Both the position numbers and the translations under genes were made by a program. Positions 9,059 through 18,460 of a DNA stretch of 32,000 nucleotides are shown piece after piece. The stretch comes from Prochlorococcus marinus str. NATL2A (GTDB lineage: Bacteria; Cyanobacteriota; Cyanobacteriia; PCC-6307; Cyanobiaceae), in the NCBI RefSeq assembly GCF_000012465.1, contig NC_007335.2, positions 930,001-962,000 on the forward strand, written 5' to 3'. How positions within the stretch are numbered: the stretch's first letter is position 1; every line of letters starts with the position of its first letter. A model generated the notes under the pieces. It searched no databases. It worked only from the letters and a program-made list of their open reading frames with translations, and was not told where the DNA came from.

Positions 9059-10276
9059 TTAAGACTGTGAATGGTAGGGTTGTTTCCAAACATATCTATC
9101 TATAGCATAATCCTTTTTTACTGCAACACAATTAGTGGCTATGTGCCAAAGAGACTTGTGAATTGGGGTGGGATTATATAGGTATACTTTAGGAAATTTA
9201 TTTTTCAATATTCTCGTTGCAAGTCTTGCATGATAGTGAGGAACTGTTGGTTCAATATGATGAATGGCGTGAGTAGAACCTATAGAGTGATGAAGAAAAT
9301 CAAATATCCTGCCATAGGGTCTATCTATAGATAAGAAGGCTCCTCTCATATAGGAGAATTGACTAGCACCAAGATGTGGAACATCAGTATCTGTATGGTG
9401 GAGCCATGTATAAATAACTAGCCAAATATTAACAACAATAAGAGGACCTAAATAAAGACTAATCATAGAATTAAGTCCAAAATTTATAGACCAAAGGATC
9501 AATAAAAGGAGCATAAAACCAATTCCCCAGTCGGAGATCCATACCTTTTTAGCCCATATGGATGGCCAAAGTTTTTTCGAGAAGGGAGCTGTTGGCCAGA
9601 AATGATTACTGGTCCCATATCGAGGTCCGCCTGTTTTGCCAAGTAGTAAGTAAGCTGGCCATCCCAGAATCAAGTGAAGAAACAGTTGATTAAATCCATA
9701 TAGAATTTTGCCAAAAAACAACGAAGACTCCATTTCATTCTCTCCACCTTTTTTTTCGGATTTACCATCCCCTGAGATCACAACAGGAACATGGGTCTCT
9801 CCATCCGTTATGTGATTGGTAAAAGCATGGTGAACAGCATGCGATCTTTGCCACGAAAAGTATGGAACTAATAAAAAAGAATGCAGACAATATCCGACAA
9901 CTGTTTCAAGTTTACGATTATCAGAAAATGCACCATGTCCACATTCATGAGCTAAAACCCATAGCCCCATTGAAGTTGTCCCAGAGAGAATTGCATATAA
10001 AATCCAAATTGGAATCATCCCCTTGGTAAGAGGGATAGAAAGACCTATCAAAACAACAAAGATCTGAATAACTACTGTCCTGGAGAGATAAAAAAGAGAT
10101 CTATTAGTTTGGCGAGTAAAACAATGCTTAGGTATCGCATCTCTAACTTCTTTTCTAGAGGGAATATCATCCAGTGAAATATCTAATGCTTTCCCATTAA
10201 GACCAGAAGGAAGAAAAGTCCTATTATTAGTTTCGGTATTGACCCTCTCGAATCTAGTAAACAAACTTTTTTTCAA
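9059..10276 (-). CDS. Membrane fatty-acid desaturase (DesA / delta-12-like)
   Basis: 405 aa. Three histidine boxes are present (HECGHG, HAVHH and HAIHH), plus AIPKHCF near the N-terminus and hydrophobic spans between the boxes. Confidence 0.92.
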   Translation of the reverse strand: MKKSLFTRFERVNTETNNRTFLPSGLNGKALDISLDDIPSRKEVRDAIPKHCFTRQTNRSLFYLSRTVVIQIFVVLIGLSIPLTKGMIPIWILYAILSGTTSMGLWVLAHECGHGAFSDNRKLETVVGYCLHSFLLVPYFSWQRSHAVHHAFTNHITDGETHVPVVISGDGKSEKKGGENEMESSLFFGKILYGFNQLFLHLILGWPAYLLLGKTGGPRYGTSNHFWPTAPFSKKLWPSIWAKKVWISDWGIGFMLLLLILWSINFGLNSMISLYLGPLIVVNIWLVIYTWLHHTDTDVPHLGASQFSYMRGAFLSIDRPYGRIFDFLHHSIGSTHAIHHIEPTVPHYHARLATRILKNKFPKVYLYNPTPIHKSLWHIATNCVAVKKDYAIDRYVWKQPYHSQS

Positions 10277-10466
10277 TTTTTAGAAGATGATTACTGATCA
10301 TATACGACGTTACTCTGCAAGAGTGCTATGAGGCTATAGGAATTTCTAACTTTCACAAAAAATAGTTTATAAAAGTCTCATAATGTCTAATTAAAAGCAA
10401 TTTATTTGCCTTTAATATCAAAAAAAACAAGTAGAAATTCATAAAAAATACTTATATGTAGAAAAT

Positions 10467-10673
10467 TTAGTTCTTCCTACTTTCTGGATATTCAACCGAT
10501 CCATCTGCCTTCCTAACTGGCTTTGAATATAGAACTCTTAATAAACCTTTTGTATCCATATTAGGACTAGTAATAAAAAAGCTTACAAGAAAGAAACCAC
10601 CAAATAAAACTAATACAATTACAAGAGGCAAGTTAAGACCCATCTCTGAAAAAGATAATGAAAAAAGATACAT
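10467..10673 (-). CDS. Hypothetical 68-aa membrane protein
   Basis: Track ORF with one clear TM helix (LPLVIVLVLFGGFFLVSFFI). Confidence 0.4.
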   Translation of the reverse strand: MYLFSLSFSEMGLNLPLVIVLVLFGGFFLVSFFITSPNMDTKGLLRVLYSKPVRKADGSVEYPESRKN

Positions 10674-10758
10674 TCTAAGTACTAATAAATAAATATAAGA
10701 ATTCTAATATTAAACGAATTGATTAAAAGATAAACAAATGTAAATGAATACTAATTAT

Positions 10759-11451
10759 CTATAATTGAATTTTTTCATAGGGAATCTCAACTATATCCTT
10801 GTTATCTACAAATACATTGTAAGTATTTTTATTTTTTTTGAAACTTACATTTTTAAATGGTTTACCGTCAATAAAATGCATCGCGGAACCGCCTTCAATA
10901 GAAATGCAATTAGTTAATTTTTCTTCAAGTAGTATTTTTTTTACATAAGGAATACGTGCAGGTTCCTCATCATAATGAGGACAGCAAGTCCCACTAATAA
11001 AATTCAAACAAGGTAATATCCTTAATTCTTTATCCCAAGAGTCGGTAATACCACTTGTAAACCAACAAATTGCTCCTGCACTCACCCCGCTCATGATTAC
11101 CCCTTTATTGTAAGCATCTTTAAGTAATTGACTCATTCCCCAATCATTCCAAATCGCAAGCATGCTTTTTGTATTTCCACCACCAACAAATATAATATCT
11201 TGATCCATAATATGATTTTCTATATCGATAGTTCTTTTAAAAAATTCAATGTGACTTGGAATGCACTTTAGGCGAGTAAAAATCGAATAAAAACGTACTA
11301 TATAGCTATCATTATCACCAGTTGCTGTTGGTAAGAAGCAAATTTTTGGGTAATCTTTACCTGAAATACTAAGTAAATATTCTTCGATCAACTGAGATGA
11401 ATTTTTTCTCCCAAAACCACCACCACCTATTGCGATAATATGTTTTCTCAA
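10759..11451 (-). CDS. Peptidase E (S51 family dipeptidase)
   Basis: 230 aa. IIAIGGGGF at the N-terminus, FLPTATGD, FVGGGNT and the nucleophile motif GVSAGA are typical of S51 peptidases. Confidence 0.85.
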   Translation of the reverse strand: MRKHIIAIGGGGFGRKNSSQLIEEYLLSISGKDYPKICFLPTATGDNDSYIVRFYSIFTRLKCIPSHIEFFKRTIDIENHIMDQDIIFVGGGNTKSMLAIWNDWGMSQLLKDAYNKGVIMSGVSAGAICWFTSGITDSWDKELRILPCLNFISGTCCPHYDEEPARIPYVKKILLEEKLTNCISIEGGSAMHFIDGKPFKNVSFKKNKNTYNVFVDNKDIVEIPYEKIQL

Positions 11452-11554
11452 GGGTTAAATATATTACTTTTATTATATTACACCGAATAAATACATAACA
11501 GAAAAAATATCTAAATGTTTAAATAGAAAGATTTTAATTATTTAAAATCTAAAC

Positions 11555-12274
11555 TTACCATGGAATAACACTGCTATCCCAAGCTAAAAAATTACCTGAG
11601 TCAGGAGGTTTTTGCGAAGAAATAATATTAATTAAGTATTCTGTTGATTGAGCAGGAGTAAAAAGTTTACCTTTAGGAACAGCAGATTGAAAAGGTTTTG
11701 ATAATTTCGTATCACAAGTCCCTGGATGCAATATAGATACAATTGATAAAGGGAATTTTCGACGCCATTCAATACTGAGAGTTTTTAAAAACTGATTCTG
11801 AGCAGCTTTAGAAGCCCTATATGAATACCACCCACCAAGCCTATTATCGCCAATACTTCCAACCCTGGCACTCAAACTTGCATAGGAGAATGGTAATTCT
11901 GGTCTGATAAATTTTTCTATACTTTTAGCAATCAAAATTGGTGCAATTGAATTAATAGAAAAATTCTTGATAATATTAGAGCGACTGATATGAGAAAGTC
12001 TCTTTTCAGGTTTTAAATGAGTTGAGTGAAGAAAACCGCTGGTATTTATGACTAGACGAAGGGGTTTGTTAAATAGTGAGATTTGTTTTTCAAAAGATAT
12101 AAATGAATGATCATTATCTAAATCTAAATATATCGCATTTTGACTTTTTAGATTTCGCCCACATAAAAAAACATCCAACTTTGGTGATATAGTTGTCAAA
12201 TAATCTGACATACATTTACCAATACCGCCTGCACCAATAATTAGAGCTACTCCATCCCAATCTCGAATTGTCAT
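11555..12274 (-). CDS. Short-chain dehydrogenase/reductase (SDR) family oxidoreductase
   Basis: 239 aa. Cofactor motif IIGAGGIGK and catalytic YSYRASKAA (YxxxK) are present. Confidence 0.85.
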   Translation of the reverse strand: MTIRDWDGVALIIGAGGIGKCMSDYLTTISPKLDVFLCGRNLKSQNAIYLDLDNDHSFISFEKQISLFNKPLRLVINTSGFLHSTHLKPEKRLSHISRSNIIKNFSINSIAPILIAKSIEKFIRPELPFSYASLSARVGSIGDNRLGGWYSYRASKAAQNQFLKTLSIEWRRKFPLSIVSILHPGTCDTKLSKPFQSAVPKGKLFTPAQSTEYLINIISSQKPPDSGNFLAWDSSVIPW

Positions 12275-12404
12275 GATATTAAGAGGTTAAACTCAATACT
12301 AGAGAAATCTTTTCACCACCGAGAGTTCAAATAAACTAAATTTATCTACATAAATCATCTAATATAATAATTAATGTATATAATGATAAAAATAGATTGA
12401 TATC

Positions 12405-12509
12405 ATGGAAAATGACTGGTTGTATGAATTTCAAACATATATAAAGAAATTTGCACTTCTAATAATTCTGATTTTGATTATATTAGTAATAATATCAGTG
12501 ATATATTAA
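12405..12509 (+). CDS. Possible 34-aa single-TM micro-protein
   Basis: Hand-found: MENDWLYEFQTYIKKFALLIILILIILVIISVIY. Very short, so low confidence. Confidence 0.25.
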   Translation: MENDWLYEFQTYIKKFALLIILILIILVIISVIY

Positions 12510-12583
12510 TGTCGTAAAACAAAGGAAATTAATAAACTAATCCACCATATAAAAAATCTTCAGTTATATTGAAATAAAAAAAA

Positions 12584-13324
12584 ATGACGATAAAAGCTAC
12601 TTACTACGGAGCGAATGGTTGGCTTATTGAATTGGATAAAACAAGAATTTTGATTGACCCTTGGTTAAATGGAGATTTAACTTTCCCTCCAGGAGATTGG
12701 CTAATAAAGGGGGAACTGGCTAAAGAAGTTGAGATTCCTAGAAGCATTGATTTTTTATTACTAACTCAAGGCCAGCCTGATCATGCCCATCCGCCAACAC
12801 TAAAGAAAATAAATAAAAGTATTCCAGTCATAGCTTCACAAGCAGCTAGTAATGTTGTAAGTAAAATTGGTTTTACAGAAATAAACACACTAAGACCAGG
12901 TGAAGCTTTTAAAAAGAACAATATAAATATTCAAGCTACATCAGGTGCATCAGTTCCAAATATTGAAAATGGATACATTATTGAATCAGGCCTAGATTCA
13001 ATTTACATCGAGCCACATGGTTTTCTTGACAAACAAATTAAAGCTAGAAATATAGATTTATTAATAACACCAGTAATAGATTTTTCATTACCACTCGCAG
13101 GTAAATTTATTAGAGGTAAAACAGTACTACCTCAATTATTAAAGTTATTTAATCCAACAACAGTATTAGCAAGCACAACAGGGGGAGATATAACTTTTAC
13201 AGGCTTAATTAATAATCTAATCAAAGTTGATGGTTCAGTTGAAGATAAAACCTTGTTGAAAGATAGTAGTGCTAGTTTAATAAGTCCTGAACCATTAAAA
13301 GAATATAAATTCGAGAAAAACTAA
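12584..13324 (+). CDS. Metallo-beta-lactamase-fold protein with a non-canonical metal motif
   Basis: 246 aa. The beta-lactamase-fold layout is present with LLLTQGQPDHAH where HxHxDH is expected, so both leading His residues are Gln. Confidence 0.65.
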   Translation: MTIKATYYGANGWLIELDKTRILIDPWLNGDLTFPPGDWLIKGELAKEVEIPRSIDFLLLTQGQPDHAHPPTLKKINKSIPVIASQAASNVVSKIGFTEINTLRPGEAFKKNNINIQATSGASVPNIENGYIIESGLDSIYIEPHGFLDKQIKARNIDLLITPVIDFSLPLAGKFIRGKTVLPQLLKLFNPTTVLASTTGGDITFTGLINNLIKVDGSVEDKTLLKDSSASLISPEPLKEYKFEKN

Positions 13325-13339
13325 ACAAAGAGAAGTCCT

Positions 13340-13522
13340 CTATATATTATTTTTCTCGACTTGAGTAATATAAAATTGAGAAACTTCATTTAGCATTTTT
13401 ATGACGACTTCGTTACTACACCTTGTTCTTTCTTGAAGTCTCATACAAGCTTCTTTGATATTTACAAAGGCATCTTCCCTCATTTCAGATAGTTGTTCTT
13501 CTGAATATCCTGCCTTACTCAT
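13340..13522 (-). CDS. 60-aa protein, member 2 of the small-protein family (L-Q-x2-T-x-C motif)
   Basis: IKEACMRLQERTRCSNEVVIKMLNEV aligns without gaps to the motif in the ORFs at 7192, 24392 and 31821. Confidence 0.5.
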   Translation of the reverse strand: MSKAGYSEEQLSEMREDAFVNIKEACMRLQERTRCSNEVVIKMLNEVSQFYITQVEKNNI

Positions 13523-13581
13523 TTTTACTTAAAAATTATATTGATATTAGTATACCGATACGTCAAAGTACCAAAATTAAA

Positions 13582-13914
13582 CTAAGTATTAATCAAATCT
13601 GATAATGACTTAAATTGCTTACGATATTTGACAAGTGTTTTTAAATCTGGAAAACCTTCTGATGATAGATTAGTTATGAATGATTTCTCAAAGCCTAGTA
13701 TTGACTGTGCAGAACCTTTCTCAGCATCACTGCTAAATAAAGGCTTTGTCTTCTCATATAGCTTATTATAAACATCTAGATCAGATTCGTTATCAAAAAC
13801 AGAACCATCTTCTGCTGTAAAAGATTTTTTATTAATACTTTTAAACAAATATAGTCCAAGAAATACTATTGCAACCAAGATAAAAATAGCTATAGCTATT
13901 AATGTAATATCCAT
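13582..13914 (-). CDS. Hypothetical N-terminally membrane-anchored 110-aa protein
   Basis: N-terminal TM helix ITLIAIAIFILVAIVFLGLYLF followed by a hydrophilic domain. Confidence 0.5.
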   Translation of the reverse strand: MDITLIAIAIFILVAIVFLGLYLFKSINKKSFTAEDGSVFDNESDLDVYNKLYEKTKPLFSSDAEKGSAQSILGFEKSFITNLSSEGFPDLKTLVKYRKQFKSLSDLINT

Positions 13915-14067
13915 AAAATTAGTAAGAATTTCAAACTATCTTAGTTGAAAAAGAAAGGAAATGGGAAAATATCGTTATTAAATTGAGTAGGATCACTTAA
14001 TGCCAAATCGAAGTTATGTGTGATTGATTTATAACTGACACATTAAATAGATATCTATATAATAAAA

Positions 14068-14235
14068 ATGTACGAATATTTAAGTAAAGTGAATTTAAAC
14101 TTTGTAATAGTTATTATATTTATATTAACTATGTGTATATTTATTTATTTAATCAACAGGCAAAAGAGAAATTCTTATCTCAATGCCGGTAAAAAGTGGG
14201 ATAGAATAGTTAATGAGCTAAGAAGAAGAAAATAG
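14068..14235 (+). CDS. Possible 55-aa single-TM micro-protein
   Basis: Hand-found: MYEYLSKVNLNFVIVIIFILTMCIFIYLINRQKRNSYLNAGKKWDRIVNELRRRK. Confidence 0.3.
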   Translation: MYEYLSKVNLNFVIVIIFILTMCIFIYLINRQKRNSYLNAGKKWDRIVNELRRRK

Positions 14236-14240
14236 ACTTT

Positions 14241-14456
14241 TTAATTATATTCTCCTGGTACATCATTCTTTTGTACTGTAACTCTTCCAACTTTTTTACC
14301 TGAAAATCGAAGCAATTCATCGCCTGAGAATTCATACCCTTTGCGTAAGGCAATCAGGGCAACGTCATCTGCGGTTGAGGATGAAAGAACCTCATCTTTT
14401 AAAATGTCGTCATTCTGCATTTCCTTTAAAAATCTTCTTAAGTGATCTAATGACAT
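14241..14456 (-). CDS. Nif11-domain protein
   Basis: 71 aa. L..FL.........L.........DDVALIA...GYEFSGDEL closely follows the Nif11 N-terminal domain pattern. The tail GKKVGRVTVQKNDVPGEYN has no GG site and no Cys. Confidence 0.7.
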   Translation of the reverse strand: MSLDHLRRFLKEMQNDDILKDEVLSSSTADDVALIALRKGYEFSGDELLRFSGKKVGRVTVQKNDVPGEYN

Positions 14457-14615
14457 TTAAGAAAAGCAAATACATTAATTAGATTAAACACCTTAGAATA
14501 TCAAAGACCTATTTAATTAAATATTAATAAAATAACAACAAAATATAAATATTTAAAGAGTAACTTAATCAATGATCAATATAAAATGTAGAGTTAATAC
14601 TTTACTAAACATAAA

Positions 14616-14852
14616 ATGAAGGCAATCTTAATTATATCTATTATACTTCTTACTTATTCTGGAACAGCCTATTCATATCCTGAAAGTCAAATGGATGACT
14701 GCGTTTCAAGTGCTTTAGGCAATCCTGCAACTAAGTCAATATCAGAAAATGCAATAATAAACTATTGTGATTGTGCTCTAAAAGCAATTATTGATGAAGA
14801 TAAAGATATTAGAGAATCAGGATACGAGTGTGCTCAAAAAAACTTTAATTAA
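14616..14852 (+). CDS. Small secreted Cys-containing protein
   Basis: 78 aa. Signal-peptide-like MKAILIISIILLTYSGTAYS is followed by four Cys residues in the mature part. Confidence 0.5.
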   Translation: MKAILIISIILLTYSGTAYSYPESQMDDCVSSALGNPATKSISENAIINYCDCALKAIIDEDKDIRESGYECAQKNFN

Positions 14853-14900
14853 TTTTCTTAAATATAAACAATTTATGTTATGAACTTAAATATAAATATT

Positions 14901-15098
14901 CTAATAAAACTTCATATCAGACCTACCCCAATCGTTAGGCAATGCCAATACCCAATCATCAATAGAAGTTCCTAACCATTCCTTATATTCTTCAAATATA
15001 CATCTTCTTATATTGGCATCTGATGCAGATTCCATTCGAAGCACTGCATAAGAGACAACTTTGTGAAGGGTCAACTTCAAATCACTATCATCACTCAT
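14901..15098 (-). CDS. Hypothetical 65-aa protein
   Basis: Track ORF with protein-like composition. No family recognised. Confidence 0.4.
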   Translation of the reverse strand: MSDDSDLKLTLHKVVSYAVLRMESASDANIRRCIFEEYKEWLGTSIDDWVLALPNDWGRSDMKFY

Positions 15099-15183
15099 TT
15101 GACAATTTCGAAACTAATAACTCAACACATAGCAATAAAATAAAAAAATAAAAACATAGATCTTTATAAGATCATTAATTAGA

Positions 15184-15384
15184 ATGACTTTTAATGTGGC
15201 TAAATTGAGAGTAAAGGAACTTGCAGAAGCCCTAGGCGTTGATCCTCCTGAAATAATTGCAACATGTACGATCTTACAAATACCTGCTTCATCACCTCTA
15301 TCATCATTAACAATAGAGCAGAGCAAAGAAATAATTGACTATATTCAAAAGACAAACCCCAAGCAAAATATTGATGAGGAATAA
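15184..15384 (+). CDS. Small protein with an IF-2 N-terminal-like (IF2_N) motif
   Basis: LRVKELAEALGVDPPEIIATCTILQIP......LTIEQSKEIIDYI resembles the short IF2_N helical module. Preferred over the antisense ORF 15114..15326. Confidence 0.4.
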   Translation: MTFNVAKLRVKELAEALGVDPPEIIATCTILQIPASSPLSSLTIEQSKEIIDYIQKTNPKQNIDEE

Positions 15385-15502
15385 TTTTGACAACAAAAAT
15401 GACTCAAAAAAATTATAAACTTAAATTTTCTTGAATAACAAAGCAAAATATGATCTAACTATGTATGTAAAATACTAAAAGAAAAAAAAGATTAGAACAC
15501 AT

Positions 15503-15724
15503 CTAAAGATCATTAGCTTCTCTAAACAAAGCATCTTGATAATCTGATTCTTTTTTTAAAATTTCCATTTTAATTGGGTCAAAATGATCTATGAGTGACT
15601 TGCCAAACTCAAAAATTTCCAAATCAGATAAACCCTGATCGCGTAAACCTGCAAGAATTGAAGATATGTCTTGGAATGCATCCTTACATAATTCTTTTTT
15701 ATCTTCAGCTGTAAGAGATTGCAT
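15503..15724 (-). CDS. Hypothetical acidic 73-aa protein
   Basis: Track ORF, helical and acidic. No family recognised. Confidence 0.4.
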   Translation of the reverse strand: MQSLTAEDKKELCKDAFQDISSILAGLRDQGLSDLEIFEFGKSLIDHFDPIKMEILKKESDYQDALFREANDL

Positions 15725-15884
15725 ATCAGATGATTACTAACACATTTAATTCAATCATACTATAAGTAATGATAGAAAATGGATGATTATATAATAGGCT
15801 AGATTTATACCAATAGAAATAAAAACGAAAAAATATTTAATTCAATTTTTACTATACTATAAAAATTAAGACTTAAGAATTAAA

Positions 15885-16925
15885 TTGAATCTGATAAAAA
15901 CAAATAAATTTAGAGGCTATCTAAAAGTTTGGGGAGCGCCAATATCTTTACTCATATTCTTATTTTTATTCGGTGCTTTAGGCTATCGATTTACAGAAGG
16001 TTGGGATTGGGGAGACTGTTTATGGATGGTATTGATAACCATTACAACAATAGGCTTTGGTGAAGTTGAAGTTTTGAGTTCGGCTGGTCGGGTTATAACT
16101 TTTTTAATCATCGGAGGGGGATTATTTGTAGTTCAATTAACTCTTCAAAGATTTATACAATTATCTGAACTAGGATATTTCATAAAATTAGAGGAGCTCC
16201 GATTAAGGAGATTAATTAGAAGAATGAAAAATCATGTAATTATATGTGGATATGGTCGTACAGGTAAAGAAATTGCTGACCAATTATATTCTGAAAAAAT
16301 ATCTACACTAATAATAGAAAACGACCCTACAAGAAAAACCGAAGCTGAGGAAAAAGGATTTAACGTCTTATTAGCAGATGCAACAATGGACGAAACATTA
16401 TTACTAGCAGGAGTAAACAATTGTCGTAGCTTAGTGGTTACTCTTCCAAATGATGCAGCGAATTTATATGTTGTTCTTAGTGCAAAAGCTCTAAATGATA
16501 GTTGCAGATTGATCGCTAGGGCAGCGAACGAGGAAGCTGCTAGTAAATTAAAACTCGCAGGAGCTGATGCAGTAGTCAGTCCATATGTTGCGGCAGGGAG
16601 AACAATGGCAGCCTCTGCATTAAGACCTATAGCTGTAGACTTTATAGATTTACTTGCAGGTTCAGATTGCGAAATAGAAGAATTTAAGCTTACTGAACAT
16701 GTTGAAACAATTGAGACTTTCAGAAGTCAACATGAATATGTTTTTGAAATTTCAAAACGAGGAGAAGCACTACTTTTAGCAACTAAAGTCTCGGGTCAAT
16801 TAATAGGTAATCCTAAAAACAAGGTATCTATCTCTCCAGGCATGATTTTGATATTCCTTGGAAGTCAAGAACAATTAAATAGGATTCGAGTTCACCTTAA
16901 AGAAGTTTTAGTAAAAACAACATAG
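15885..16925 (+). CDS. Potassium channel with a C-terminal RCK/TrkA-N domain
   Basis: 346 aa. Two TM helices flank the pore signature TITTIGFGE. Then comes a Rossmann-like HVIICGYGRTGKEIA (TrkA-N) and a TrkA-C-like tail. The start is TTG as given by the track. Confidence 0.88.
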   Translation: MNLIKTNKFRGYLKVWGAPISLLIFLFLFGALGYRFTEGWDWGDCLWMVLITITTIGFGEVEVLSSAGRVITFLIIGGGLFVVQLTLQRFIQLSELGYFIKLEELRLRRLIRRMKNHVIICGYGRTGKEIADQLYSEKISTLIIENDPTRKTEAEEKGFNVLLADATMDETLLLAGVNNCRSLVVTLPNDAANLYVVLSAKALNDSCRLIARAANEEAASKLKLAGADAVVSPYVAAGRTMAASALRPIAVDFIDLLAGSDCEIEEFKLTEHVETIETFRSQHEYVFEISKRGEALLLATKVSGQLIGNPKNKVSISPGMILIFLGSQEQLNRIRVHLKEVLVKTT

Positions 16926-17024
16926 TTAATCTTTGAAAACAATCCAGCGAGGGTTAACACTACAAGAAACACTTAACACCTTAAAAAAAAAATGATTAGA
17001 ACAAAATGAGTTAATTTTACGCGG

Positions 17025-17276
17025 ATGTCATTACAAACAAAAGAAGAGTCAGCTGCTGAAATAGAAACAAAAATTGAGTCAACAAAAATCAATGGGGACG
17101 TATTTTCTAAAGACTACGTAGATTTCTTGAGCGAAGCTGGCTGGAGATTAGAAAAAAAACTTCCATCAAATAGTACAAAATATTCTGACTTGCTAGAAGA
17201 TACCGATTGGAAATCAAATGACATTGATATTAGATCCTCTAAACATTACAGAAGAGATCTTGATGCATTGAGTTGA
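17025..17276 (+). CDS. Hypothetical 83-aa hydrophilic protein
   Basis: Track ORF. No family recognised. Confidence 0.4.
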   Translation: MSLQTKEESAAEIETKIESTKINGDVFSKDYVDFLSEAGWRLEKKLPSNSTKYSDLLEDTDWKSNDIDIRSSKHYRRDLDALS

Positions 17277-17541
17277 TACTTTTCGTATTCAGTTAAAGCT
17301 ACTATTTATATATACATCTAATTATGAGATGTATATTAAATTTTTATCAAAAGAGATGGATTCCGAAAATCAATCGTGGAAAGTATGGGTTTTTGTTTTT
17401 TGCCTCAATGTAATTGCTATTGGCGGAGCTTTTTACCTTAAATCAATTGGAATTGACCTTTATGCCTTCAGGGGTACTTCCTGATTTTTAGTCAGGATGA
17501 CTTTAACGATGAAAAAATCAAATTTAATAGGAATAGATTAA

Positions 17542-17793
17542 ATGGAAAAAGAAAACGAAACCAAATGGAAAAAAGCATTAGATAATATATTAATTTATAA
17601 TCTTTATATTTTAATAATAGGTTCCTTATATCTAGCTTTTAGTTTTGTATTAAGTGTTAATGGGAACTCTCATTTTTATAATTTATTTCAAAAACTCTGG
17701 TATCCAGTATTTATTCCATCGTTAAGCTTATTCTTTACAGCCATATTGGTTGAAGCTGTAATAAACTCTATAGTTGATCGTAAGAATAAATAA
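17542..17793 (+). CDS. Hypothetical 83-aa two-TM protein
   Basis: Two hydrophobic helices (ILIYNLYILIIGSLYLAFSFVL and VFIPSLSLFFTAILVEAVI). Confidence 0.45.
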   Translation: MEKENETKWKKALDNILIYNLYILIIGSLYLAFSFVLSVNGNSHFYNLFQKLWYPVFIPSLSLFFTAILVEAVINSIVDRKNK

Positions 17794-17882
17794 ACTCATG
17801 AAAGGTTAAGCTTTCAACATTTATGACCAATCAATTGTCTTAAAAGATAATTGGAATAAAATAAATAAGATTTAAATTCAAA

Positions 17883-18029
17883 ATGAGATTTAAAGTTTCT
17901 ATGATTAATGATCAAGGTAATTGCCATGAAGAGACTGTTATCGCCAACAATGAAGAGGAAGCAAAAAAAAATGTGCTGGATTTTAATCCCCATTCAACGG
18001 TATTAGAAGCTACTTGGGTCTATAAATAA
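17883..18029 (+). CDS. Possible 48-aa protein
   Basis: Hand-found: MRFKVSMINDQGNCHEETVIANNEEEAKKNVLDFNPHSTVLEATWVYK. It ends 20 nt before the next plus-strand ORF. Confidence 0.35.
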   Translation: MRFKVSMINDQGNCHEETVIANNEEEAKKNVLDFNPHSTVLEATWVYK

Positions 18030-18048
18030 TTTTTAAATAAAAAAATAA

Positions 18049-18402
18049 ATGGAAGAACTTACCTATAAGGATCTGAGCAACAAAGAATTAGACACTCTTA
18101 AAGATATGTATATATCAAGTCGAGTTAACTCTATGACCGAAACTGATCTAAGGAAATTTGTTAAGGAAATAATTATCGATCAAATCAAAGGAACTGTAGG
18201 TAATGCTGAAGAGAAGGAAGCATGGGAAGAAATAAAAGATCATTTCTCTGAAGACTTAAGTACAAAGATTCTTGAAGTGAAAGAAAAATGCAATAAAAAC
18301 CCTAAGGTTGAACAAAAAAGTCAAGAAGAGATTGAGTTTGACAGAAGACTTGGTCTTCTAAAGCAACAACAAGAAGACGAGTCAAGCAAAGACATGTGGT
18401 AA
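18049..18402 (+). CDS. Hypothetical acidic 117-aa protein
   Basis: Track ORF, Glu/Lys-rich and helical. Convergent with the T5orf172 gene. Confidence 0.5.
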   Translation: MEELTYKDLSNKELDTLKDMYISSRVNSMTETDLRKFVKEIIIDQIKGTVGNAEEKEAWEEIKDHFSEDLSTKILEVKEKCNKNPKVEQKSQEEIEFDRRLGLLKQQQEDESSKDMW

Positions 18403-18460
18403 GTTTAAACATCATAAATGTTGTTTAATTTTGATATATATCACTGATAATGACTATATT

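Noticed and set aside
15114-15326. 70-aa minus-strand ORF
   Set aside because: It overlaps the IF2_N-like plus-strand ORF, and its C-terminal half is low-complexity Ile/Phe/Tyr sequence from an AT-rich intergenic stretch.
16232-16420. 62-aa minus-strand ORF
   Set aside because: It is antisense within the RCK domain of the K+ channel gene.
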